NCBI RefSeq assembly: GCF_001194135.2
Contig: NC_068984.1
Coordinates: forward strand, 62,599,842-62,663,244
DNA length: 63,403 nt
From: Octopus bimaculoides
Lineage: Eukaryota
Reading direction: 5' to 3'
Position numbers and translations under genes: made by a program. Shown one piece after another: positions 11,681 to 24,210 of the stretch. The notes below the pieces were generated by a model that was given only the letters and a program-made list of their open reading frames with translations, did no database searches and had not been told where the DNA came from. Positions within the stretch are counted from its first letter, which is position 1, and each line of letters begins with the position of its first letter.

Positions 11681-12528
11681 TCAGTATATCTAAGATACTG
11701 ATGAGGTTACGTATAGATATACAAGTAGTATTAAAATTATTTTAAACTTGAAATCTCATTAAACAAAATTAAAATATGCAGTGTGTACTTTTGAACTAAA
11801 ATGTTTGCAAAATTCTATTGTTACTGCATGCTAAATCTTCGTGTAGAAATCCAGAATTTATTCTGTTTTAGACCTTTGAATATTAACTACATCTTAATGT
11901 TTATTAAGATCTTCTTTCAGAATCCCACTTCCACACTCCAGAATGAATATATTACTGCCATTCCAATTCTCCGTAGTATATGAAAGATTGTGCTACTCGT
12001 AATATTAATATTTATTAGAAAATTATATCCAGTTGCAACGGTTCCATAAAGTAGCTAATTCTGTACAACATCCAATATATGTTCTGATATTTTCTCGAAG
12101 TGGTGATACGGAAATTTTCATAGTTTTCATTATATTACAGGTTAATGCGATCCGATCGATTGCATAACCCTCCGACGACTTCAATAACTTACCTGATAAC
12201 TTCAGTTGACACTTGTAGGACCTCGTATTAAATATGACCTAACCCATCTCACTCAGCACACATACACGCACGCAGAAAAAGACATAGTCACACAAACACA
12301 TATACACACACATTAATTATACACATAACGAGAGTTTCAGTTTTCACCGGGATAATATTTCAAACCAATGATGTCACCGAATGCCAATGATGTCACCAAA
12401 TGCTTGTAATTTAACCATGAAATTTGGATTCTTTCTGTAAAGACGGAACATATGAAAATTAATTTAATTTTTTTTCCTTCACATGAAACTTAACGGGATT
12501 CTGCAATAATTAATATGGGTGTCAAATT

Positions 12529-12722
12529 CGGCGAGCTTACAGAATCGTTAGCACGCCGGGCAAAATACTTAGCGGCATTTCGTTACACGTAACATTCTGA
12601 GTTCAAATTCCGCCGAGGGTAAATTTGCTTATCATCTTTTCGGGACTGTGTGGTCTATGTAATTGACTTAACTCCATTCCCGAACTTGCTGGCGTTGTTT
12701 CAAAATTTGACACCAATTAATA
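12529..12722 (+). mobile_element. tRNA-derived SINE family B
   Basis: GGCGAGCTTACAGAATCGTTAGCACGCCGGGCAAAATACTTAGCGG...TTCTGAGTTCAAATTCCGCCGAGG (A- and B-box-like motifs). Confidence 0.8.
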
Positions 12723-12925
12723 TTGGTACAAGGCCAGTAATTTCGGTAGAAAATTGAAGTCGTTTACATCGACCCCACTATTCAACGGGTTTTTAATTTA
12801 TCTACCCCGATATGATGAGTGCCAAAATCAACCTCCTGGCTATTTGAACTCAGAACGTAAACAGGGACGAATTCCCATTAAGCATTTATCTCGGCGTGTT
12901 AACCACTCTGTCAACCCGCTGCTTT
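12720..12925 (-). mobile_element. SINE family B, tail-to-tail with the preceding copy
   Basis: TTTGAACTCAGAACGTAAA...AAGCATTT...CGGCGTGTTAAC is the reverse complement of the family head. Confidence 0.75.
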
Positions 12926-13543
12926 GCTACAATAATTAATATTAGATACAAGTACGTAAAACACAATGCATACAAGAGTTTCAACAATTAAGTGATTTTC
13001 GCGATTAAGTGATATCAACTCTCTAGGTATATTTTATTTGGATATGCTCCCAATAATACTGTAAGATGCCATTAAAACTATGCTGAATTTTAATTAAAAT
13101 TTAGGCGCACATTATTTGATTTCTATTCTAATGTTTGTAGCATTCAGCTGACTCAGAATTATAATTCAAAATACTGTATTTCCTAGGAACTCTTTTTATG
13201 CGTGCGTGTGTATGCGTATATATATATGGAAAAGGAAAGAGAATAACTTCACTGGTACTTCTAAACAATTTAGTCTATTATTTTTTTGATTTTTAAAAAA
13301 TATGAATTTTACACTTTAGTTCATAGATCTAGTAAGTTCTTTGTTAACTTGGGTGGAGAGATTTTTTACAAAAATTCCTTGTTAAGGTTTCTGGACAATG
13401 TTCTCGCATTCGTTTCAAACTGATACGAACGTCGACTTTTTTGACGGACACAATATTTTAATCATTTAGAAATATTTTTAACTGAATGCGATTTCATCAT
13501 CCGGATTTTGTCATTTTCCTTACAAAGTATTTATTTTTAATTA

Positions 13544-14092
<549 letters not shown>

Positions 14093-15290
14093 AAACAAGT
14101 GATTTTCAGGATAAAAATGGTTAAAACGAATATCCATTGTACAAACTGGCAAACAATTCCGTGAATACTTTACCGGGCAAAGCTGAGTAGTAAGTTTAGT
14201 TTATTTATATACGCACCTAAAAGCTGGATGAATGTTGTCTACACGGTTTCAATTTATCAATAGTATCTAGCTATACCTGGAAATTACTTTAAACAGAGAT
14301 GTCAGCATATATTTCTTTAATTTTATCTGGAAGTAATTCTACAGTTTTTAGTTGTAAATTTTATACTCTGCATAAGATCGAGAACGCATTTGTTGAAATG
14401 TGAATATAGTGAGTTTTGACTATGTTTTTAGACAGATTCTGAGCAAAAGTTTTTTTTTTTTTAATTGCAACATTGGTGTATATTAAAGTATAATCCAGCT
14501 ATCATATTCTTTCAATTATACAATTATTTCGAAATATAATTTTCAGGAAAGATACGAATATTTTTACAAACATATACAGATGTTGTTCGCAAATATTGCA
14601 TATTCTTTCACATAAAATTAATTTTTCGTAATGTATACTTCAGAACTGGTAAGTCTTCTTTCAGTTTTTATTGTTTTAGCATGTATAAATTGGCGTTATC
14701 AATATTTGAATTCGTCCATTTACGCTGAGTTGCTATGTTTTTAAACATATAGTTTGGCTTGAAGCCTCAGTAAAAGACGGGTTGGTCTAAAACTATATTG
14801 TTTAAATATATAACCTGAAGGTAATTTAAATATTACGTTAATTCAATTTCTTACCAATCATGATATTCTCACTCTCTTGTGAGCATAAAACCTTTTTTCC
14901 TTGCTTTTGTCTAATTTTAAAACTAGTTTTATAAGCATTTTAACATATAAATTATATTATAAAATATAACGTCTTTGTATAGATTTTATTTGTCTGCTAG
15001 CACAGTAAGTGCAGCAAAAATATATTAAGTGGACATTAAATTGTTTTAATGTTGGTAGCCTCTCTAGTTTTATATAAGCGTAAAATAGTCTAAATAGTAT
15101 TACAATTTTAAACTAATGACACTGCGTTGGTAAATTTCATTTCGAGGTTAAATTTTGGTAAATGTACATAAATTAAGGATAAGAATATTAAATTTAAAAT
15201 TCCTACTTGATATTGTGGTAAAGTCTTCATTATAAGTATATATAGGGGTGTGTATAAGTATTTGTCGGTACATACACACATACACACACA

Positions 15291-15322
<32 letters not shown>

Positions 15323-15420
15323 TTTATATATACAAATAAATTATATATATTTACAATTAAATTGCTAGAAATAGGAGTCAACACCCCTAAGCCGCAAATT
15401 TCTCACTATAAGTGATACAA

Positions 15421-15650
<230 letters not shown>

Positions 15651-15689
15651 ACTAAATAATGGTAATAATATTCTTTTATTCTTTTTTTA

Positions 15690-16100
15690 TTCTCTTATTT
15701 GTTTCAGTCATTTGACTACGGTCATGTTCGAGCACTGCCTTTAGTCGAACAAATCGACCCCAGGGCTTATTCTTTGTAAGCCTAGTACTTAGCCTATCGG
15801 TCCCTTAGCCGAAACGCTAAATTACGGGGAAGTAATCACACCAACATTAGCTGTCAAGCAATGGTGCAGGGAAGACACAGACACGCAAACACACACACAC
15901 AAATACGCGCGCGCTCACACACACACACACAAATAAATACACACACACACACACTCACATATATATATACGACGTGCTTCTTTCAGTTTCCGCCTACTAA
16001 ATCCACTCACAAGACTTTGGTCGGCCATGCAGCGGGACTTAACTCGGAACCATGTGGTTGGTAGCACAAGCTACTTACCACACAGCCATTCCCACGCCCA
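15690..16100 (-). mobile_element. SINE family A, near full length with an internal deletion
   Basis: GGAACCATGTGGTTGGTAGCACAAGCTACTTACCACACAGCCA (reverse-complement head), (CA)n core and tail. Confidence 0.9.
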
Positions 16101-16401
16101 TGTATCAAATTTTATACTTTATAAAATAATTTATTAAATTTAAAACTTTTTAACTTACTTTTTGTTCTGTTTTGAATGTAGCGGGGTTATTCAAGCAAAC
16201 AGACGCGCACGGTGTAGTGAATATATTTTGAAAAATAATTTTACATAGTAAGCTTCGCTGATAATCTTAAGTGCTCTAGCACAAAAGGGGAAATAAATTG
16301 ATACTTCGTAGTTTTTGCAAAGGTAACGACTATTTTTCTTATATTCACTACATTAACCGTGCGTGTTTTCTTATAGTGAGAGATTTATAGTTCTGCTTCT
16401 A

Positions 16402-16486
16402 GGAAGCTGGTATTTCGGTACCCTACTCATAATTTATTTGTATATATTTTGCTATTTTAGGTTAAGCTTGCTGGCCACTTTATTAT

Positions 16487-16551
<65 letters not shown>

Positions 16552-16615
16552 TTACTACTACTACTGCTACTGCTGCTGCTGCTGTTGTTGTTGTTGCTGT
16601 TATTATTATATTTAA
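16402..16615. repeat. ~80-bp motif plus (ACT)n/(GCT)n/(GTT)n array
   Basis: Paralogous to 15421-15650. Confidence 0.7.
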
Positions 16616-17959
16616 TAATGTTAATAACGTAACCGAGTGGTATCTACTCTTGGTTGTTTTATGCATTATTTTCATTATAACTCAGACGTATTTCAGTACG
16701 TTTCAGCATTATCTGGTTAAGTAGATATTTCTTTTAAAAGCAATATGGCTGAAGGATTTTGATTTTCGATTAAAGCATGTCCGTTTGTTTTCTTGCTATA
16801 GGTCTAGTTTAGCTTAAGAGTAGCCTTAGTAGTGCAGACATATGTGTAACCACATCCCAATGATAATTTTCTCGCTTTCCTACATTGATACAGTGCTCTT
16901 GCTCAAAATATTTCTTGTAAACTTTATTTAAGGCAGTTAAACTTCCATTGGAATTTGCAGCTATTTCTAGACTCAGGACAAAAATCACAGTTTCTTTAAC
17001 TTGTTTGCTAATTACATATTGATATATAACAAAATAGTACTACAAATAATATTTTCTGCTCTTCTTTGAATAAAAATATATAATACATCACACTGCCGAC
17101 AATGTATACTGAGTATGATAGAGGTATTTAGTACAAAGGAAACAAATGGTAATTTAAGTCATGTTTCATTTAAATTATCTACTCATCTTTCATCCGTTTC
17201 TATGTATATGTATTACTACATTCTGCCGAGATTGAATATGTGACAGTTGTCAAAGCATTGAATAAAAATTATTATAAGCTAAAACGAATGTCGGAAACGA
17301 ATATTTTAAATGGTGCAAAATACGTGCTAGGATATAATTATACAAAGTGCATTCCAATTATAACTGTCATGTTATTTTATTATTAAATAGAAACTATATC
17401 GTATACAACACGCACTATTTATTCCACGAACAACTGTATTACAATGAAGTAACATCATATAACCTACATCGACAAATAGATTTAACAAGCAATCTTATTT
17501 ATCCTAACGGAATGGCCATTTTCCAAATTGTGTCAATTTCAATCAATTTCATAAAATATGAAATCAAATCCAACAAAAGGAGAAAATAAAGTAATAAGAC
17601 AAAAATTAACAGATTTCCCTAAAGCAGAAAAACCTGTTTAAATTCACAATGTGTCCAATTCAAATAAAAGCCATCAATCAGACAATATTTTCGAAATTGA
17701 TTCAATGCCACTTTCAAAATAATTGGGAAGAAAATTGGAATATTTCCCTGGTTGGCATCATTTAAACAATACATAAATTTATTTAAATCTCATAAAACAA
17801 TATCGTCCTCTTCAGTTATTAATGGAGATTACTTTCAAATATATTTCACAAAAAGCCAGCTCACTTCTCCAGAATGTTGTCATATTAAATGCAGAAAATA
17901 ATTAACCCATCTTGGTTTCAGCTTTTAATCCTTATTTCGATTACATGCATTCGTTTTAG

Positions 17960-18166
17960 AGCAGATGAGGAAAACTTTCAAATACACTGTATGTACATTT
18001 TTAGTATAAATTATATTATTATGATTATTATTTTTTCACTAAGACGAAATGGATAGGAGAACGTAATTTTTTAATAGAAAGAAAATTATTTGCTTCAGAT
18101 CCAACAGCTCAGCATGATGCACCTGGTAACCAAAGACCTCACTACTTTTTTCATGGGCAAACATAG
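17960..18166 (+). CDS. Possible last two coding exons of an unidentified gene (17960-17988 and 18099-18166)
   Basis: TTTTAG|29 nt|GTATGT, 110-nt AT-rich intron, TTGCTTCAG| exon; spliced frame ADEENFQIHYPTAQHDAPGNQRPHYFFHGQT*; AATAAA at 18255. No homology recognised. Confidence 0.3.
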
Positions 18167-19539
18167 TACGTGGCCGAGTATCTTCGACTGTCTCAAAATG
18201 ATGGAATCCTCTAGATGTCTCAGTCCGGTTATTTCCATGAGGTTGTGTAACCTTAATAAAATACTCCTCAGATTGCCACATTTTGGGCATTATTCTAATC
18301 AACCTTATTGATAAATTATAATTGATAAATTACAATTCTAAATTATAATTTAAAACTATTTAGGTGTTTACATAATTACATAATTACATGACTGACGCAG
18401 TCTCTTAAAATCGCGGTTTGCAAGAGTTGACTTGTAATTTGTTAAAAGAAAACAGTGCTATTTTATTAGTTATCGCCAAGCTAACATGGCAGTCCAGAAA
18501 AATAGTACGAATGCTGCAGTTGATTAGCTCCAAGAAGCCATCGCCTCTAGGTAGCTATGTGACACACGAACCTGTGTCCATTATAACCTTCGAACAGGGG
18601 AGGTCTGCCGTTTCCCCTTGCTGATCTAGCATCTACAGACTAGGTTCAGAGTATTTGCCCCTTATCAATGTAGAGCAGCCGAACCTTGTAAAAGCTAAAA
18701 TAGCAGTGCTATTTTAGCTTTTATAATTTTGTTAGACATTAACCACAAAGTGTAAACACGTGTTTGGAAATATCCACGTTTCTTGAATACAAAATTAGTA
18801 TATCAAACGGCAGATGAATTGAAATTCTTCTTATTTAGTTGAGTATAAATGTCACACACGCTTTGAATTTGTCGTGTAATCGTACGAAACACTGAACACT
18901 CGCGATGTTGCATTGTTTGAAAATATTGAAACATTGGTTGACTAAACAGCTTATCCACATGAATGGAAGCTTGACTTTAAACCCTGTAATAACAAAACAA
19001 AGGCATAAATAATATCAAAAAGAATAATCTTTTATATATAACCAAACGTTTCATAGCCATTCATAATCCTGTTACCTTGACATAACTTCGACTAAATACA
19101 AACTATGACAAAATGTTCGGTACTTGTCGAAAACAAGTCATACGCATACTCGCGTCTACCATTTATCTATCTCATACATACATAAATACACCTCTCACAC
19201 ACATATAGAATATAAATAAGTAACAAGCATGTACAGATGTCAATTCCTTACGGCCGCTTCTAGCGGTTCTATTCAATTGTTTAATGAAAACATTACATCA
19301 ATTTGAAAGAAACCGTTCTCGGAGACTTGATATTTAATATTCAAATAATTCTGTTGGGGTGTGCAGATTATACTGAACTAGCAACATAATACCGAAAACA
19401 CATACACACAGATACACACAGACACACACACATGCGCGCGCAAAAAAATATAACAAAAAGAAAATGGAGAAATCGATATGCAGACATCAATTTGTTGAAA
19501 CATCCCTTATGGAGGTTTTTATATCCTTGAAATTATATA

Positions 19540-22500
19540 TATATATTTTATGCCTTCGTGTTTGGCATTGAAGAATTGAGGAAAAGCGAATCTCGCCGCC
19601 AGCACGTCGGTTGCTATGCCTTTCCTAAGCGCCTCTTCTAGCTTCCTAACTAGGACTCCCTCTATGCTAGATTCCTCTAACGATATTTCCTTAATAAAAC
19701 CTACTGCCTCTACTCTACCAGGACTATCCACCAACGGCTGTTGATGATTGCTCCCGCCAGCGCTTGATGGACTAATTTGCTAAACTGTACTCTGAAAGAT
19801 TGGCACGACGATAAGAAGGCGTTCAGCTTCCAGTATCCGGGCCCTGTCTATGGATCTTATCTGTGCCGACCGTAAAGATCACAAAGATATGATCCGTGTA
19901 GCCGACGACGTTGAAACTTGGACAACTTATACTACTTCTATCTACAGGCCTACAAAATACTCTCGATACGATCTGGAAGGCCCGATAATATTCGTCCATG
20001 TCCACACTCGTGTACTCGAGAAAGTCAGTCGGTGGCTGTCAGCTAATAGAAAGAGGCTGAGCAGGTTTGTGAGGCTTTTTCTCTATCTCTCCTATCAGCT
20101 AACCCCACTCTATCCAGGTGTGCATCCAAGATGCTGCTCTAGTCACCCACTAACGTTAAAGAGCGTGACGTCCCAAAGAAAACCTACACACATTTGAAGA
20201 AACCTGGCTGCTCCAACCCTTTGAGCACACCAACTTCTCTCACGTGAAGACCACCAAATTGCCTTCCGGATCCAAGAAGATCGTCCAAATTTCGAGATCC
20301 AGACCTTTCCTAAAGAGCACTGCCACCTCGCCTCCCATTTTGGCCCGACTATGTGATGCGTAGATCTCATAATCGTAAAAACTGGGTGCAAGATTGCTTT
20401 TGTGGGAAACCCTGGTCTCACTGGCTACTACCACATCCAAACGTAGCGAGCTGAGGTCATTGAGCAAGTGACCTTGCTTTCAGCCTGACCTCTCGCCGCG
20501 AACACCGATGCAGCACACTTTGACAATCACCATGACGGCTCGAAAAGGTTGATGAAAAGAAAAAAGATAGGGTTACTTACTCTCCTGGCGCTGTTGGAAG
20601 CCCGGTGACCTGGGTTCCAGACCTGGTTCCTCTGGGAAACCGGCTAAAAGCCTCTTCGTGGTGCATACGTTTGGCCATCCCATGTTACGCGGGAAATACC
20701 TCTCAATTTTTTTGTTTGCTTTGAGTTGCACTCTCTCTCTCACTCTTCTTCTTTGTGGCTATGAGAGCCAACAAATTTTCCTTGGCTTTCATAGCACGTA
20801 ATTCGGTGTTTCCGTATTGGTGACTATAAGCTTTGTTTTCAGGGATACATGTGGTTGTGAGTGAATTGGTGTATTTGGTTGGGGTAGTAATGGTTGTGTG
20901 GAGGGTGGTGCTGGTGTTTTTGCAGTGTCTATATTCGATATGCTGAGGGTTTCTGTGTTTTCAGGTGTTGGTATAGGTTCGTCTTCAGTTTTCCTTTAGG
21001 TTTTTATGCATTGTTAGGTTCTTCCTCATCTTCACTACGGGATCAGGAGGGACTAGTGTGTGTAAAATCTTTCTCGGGAGTGTGAGTGTGTCTGTGGTCT
21101 TGTGAGCGTGTTGGTGTGAGTATGTACTTTAAAGAGATGTTGAGGAGTGGATGGTTTGACATAGCTTTGGTGGTTTTCTCCATTCTATGAGGTTCACGTG
21201 CTTCAGTCGCTGTTGGAGATGAGACTACCGTGTTATTAAATGGTCTCTATTGTTGCTGTTGCTGTTGTTGCGGGTGCGATTTAGGCTGCAGGTGTGGCCA
21301 CGTATCTCCCAACTTTTGGGGCAGAAGGCTCACAGGTGGCTGTAGCCACGCAAATGTCGCATTTATGCTTCCTGTCTTCCACGACAACACACAATTCCAC
21401 CCCGTTGGCCAGCTGGATCAAGTCCGAGATCTCGAAATTATCTGGCTTCACATGGATCGATATTTCCAAGTTGATCCCACAGCAGTTCTCCCTGCTGCTC
21501 CTTTTTACCTCCAGGCATGTCTCTGAGTCCTGCACCGCACAGGTTACAATCCACCAGACGTTTACGCCCGGTTACACGCCATTTACCCTAACTCTGGTCG
21601 TTCTCTTTGAGAGGTAGGTGGAATACAAGACTCACTCCTGAGTCCAGCGGGGTGACACTACATGTCATTGCGCTAGGTCCTCATTTTAAAAAAGAACCTC
21701 AATGATGGCAAACTGCTTCCTTCTCTAAATATGGGCCACTTCTATTAAAATTTCACTGAGGGCCTTCTCAATATAACTGATGGACGCTAATTCACCTCTC
21801 CTACTTTTTCACGAGACGCATCTTCTCTTATTTTGCACCTTTTATTTCTGGAGGTACGAGCACTGCAACCTTACCCTTTTCAAATTTAATGATATCTTTC
21901 GCTCTTGTTTTGTTATTGAGTGCGATGGCAAACATTTCTCACTCTGTATTCGCTACATCAGCAAACCTTTTTATTTTTGTTTTTGTTGTTGTTTTCGTTG
22001 TTACTGCTGCTGTTGATGTTGCTGTTGGTGATGGCGGTGGAGTTGTAGACACTTGTACCGTTGCCGATCTCTCTATTTCCCTCCAGTTCGCCTTCAATTG
22101 TAGGATTATTTTTTCCACTAAAATCCGTAGCATTATTAACGTAACTCCTATCTCTGCTACTACTGTCACTACCACTACTGCTGCTGGTGCTGTTGCTGTT
22201 TCTCACATTGTTGTTCCTACCACTACTACTACTGCTGATGCTGCTGTTACTGCTGCCGCTGTTGCTATAATTGCTACCACTGCTGTTTTCCATGTTACCA
22301 CAGATGTTACTACGAGGTGGACTTTGTAGTTTTTCTCCCTTTTCTCCTCCCTCTCTCTTGTATTATCGCCAGTAACAGAGGGAAGGGGAAGGAAACCCTT
22401 AGTAGTCACTAGACTAGCGGGAGGGGAGGTATTTTCATAACTCTTTCAAGATATGCCCCGCCATCTTGTTGAATTGTATTTGATTAAGCACCGATCGAAC

Positions 22501-22672
22501 TTATTTGGTGTCCCACATATAGCCCAGTCAGGGGCCAAACAAGCAGAGAAAAACAGGAACTTGGGGCATAATGTAAGCTGAAAAAAGGGCACCAAACTGG
22601 TGTAAAGAAAATGCGTAAACTGAACTTACTCGGAGCGCTCGAAAGCACGTCCGATGTACTCCGCACCAAATA
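19540..22672 (-). mobile_element. Tx1/L1-clade LINE 5' half: 5'UTR, degenerate ORF1 and ORF2 endonuclease; RT and 3' end absent
   Basis: ORF2 from ATG 20533: MVIVKVCCIGVRGERSG*KQGHLLNDL...SETR...VAVLFRKGL...YTDH...GPGYWKLNA (APE endonuclease, with frameshifts). ORF1 has a frameshifted CX2CX4HX4C knuckle near 21.33-21.37 kb and a Ser/Asn/Thr low-complexity tract. Confidence 0.85.
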
Positions 22673-22673
22673 T

Positions 22674-22720
<47 letters not shown>
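22674..22720. repeat. (AAT)n array between the Tx1 5' end and the R4-like fragment
   Basis: Direct reading. Confidence 0.95.
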
Positions 22721-22722
<2 letters not shown>

Positions 22723-23870
22723 TCCTTAACTGGACACTAAACGAACTATCTAAAATAGACAGGAAAACAAGAAAAATAATGACAGGATCAAGGATGCACC
22801 ACCCAAAATCTGACATAGAAAGGCTATATATACAACGTACAGAATGTGGTAGGGGTCTTATACAGCTGGAAAACTATGATAAAAAAACCCACCAAAGGAC
22901 TGCAAAAATACCTTCTCCAGAAGCAAGGAAAACTAATACAAATAGCCACAAAACACGAGCAAAACAAAAACCTGTTTTCAGTATTTAAGGAAGCTGACAA
23001 ATACAAACAAGAAATCATACTACTTAATAAATACGAAGAAGAAGAAGAAGAAGAAGAACAACAACAACAACAACAATTTTGTGTAGAAGTATTTGAAAAT
23101 TAACCAGATGTTCGATAGACTAGTAATAAGAGAACAGAAAATTTTTAGGAGAATAATTTCTGAGAAGAAAGAATCATCACAATAACAATATTGAACAAAT
23201 GAAGGATGCGTGGAAATAAAAGAAGGAAGCCACTTGCAAAAAGAGGATTTGAAAGGTATTACATTAAACTGATGATTAGAAGGTTTAAAGAGTGTATATA
23301 ATATAGCAGTTATGCATTAAAATACTGACGAAATCAATTCACTTAGACTATTTCATTCTGGTTTCCTAACATTAAAGAAAGGCAAATCCTAAAGTTCATC
23401 GAACCATAACCTGTATAATAACAGCTTACAAAGATTTGACAGAAATAAAATTGCAGAAGATAAAGAAACATCTTGATAGACATTTTCTTATTAAGGAAGT
23501 TGAATAGGATCGTACAACTGTACGATTTCATTTCTAATGAACAAAGACATAACTGAACTGCAGCAGTAAAACCTCCTGGGCATCAGATGGCTTCGTCCTG
23601 AAACATTCTTCGACAGCGGTGTCCAGGAAAGGATACCCTCTGCTGCAAATAGCTTAAATCGAAATGTCAGTCTAGACTGACAAGAATCGGACAACAAATA
23701 TGCTTGTTAATAGTAATAGTTTCAAACCCCACCTCGAATAGTAAACAGTTGTATTAGCGGAATTGATATGAAATTTGAATATAAAAAAAAGCTCGAACTT
23801 GTCAAAACAACCGCGCAAACAGGAAGCGAAGTTTAAAATATCCAATAGAAATGCTTGATAAACATAAATA
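22721..23870 (+). mobile_element. R4/Dong-like LINE fragment (post-RT region; weak RLE remnant downstream)
   Basis: ILNWTLNELSKIDRKTRKIMTGSRMHHPKSDIERLYIQRTECGRGLIQLE matches the R4-clade HP..D..RLY..R..GGRGL motif. Extension beyond 23030 is weak (KPL, EYKKKLEL). Confidence 0.7.
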
Positions 23871-24129
23871 ATAGAAATGTAAATTTTTACTACTACTACA
23901 ACTACTACTACTACTACTACCACCTCCACCACCTCCAACCCCACCACCACCACCACCACCATGACTACTACCAACACCACCACAGCCACCAGCACTACTA
24001 CTGGCAATAATAATAAAAATAATAATAGTTTAAAATTTTGCCACAAGGGCTTCAATTTTGGCGGGGGGGGGGGGNNNNNNNNNNNNNNNNNNNNNNNNNN
24101 NNNNNNNNNNNNNNNNGGGGGGGGGGGGG

Positions 24130-24210
24130 GGGTGAGTCGATTACAACGACCAGTACCAGTGTACAACAGGAACTTATTTTATCGACCCCCAAAAGATGAA
24201 AGGCAAAATA
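24130..24210 (-). mobile_element. SINE family B, partial
   Basis: GAGTCGATTACAACGACC...TTTTATCGACCCCCAAAAGATGAAAGGCAAA. Confidence 0.65.

Noticed and set aside
14547-14648. Exon candidate with AG acceptor and CTG|GTAAGT donor
   Set aside because: Very AT-rich, one open frame, no recognisable product or partner exon.
23665-23682. 18-bp perfect palindrome TGTCAGTCTAGACTGACA
   Set aside because: Short and inside a decayed LINE region, with no functional context.
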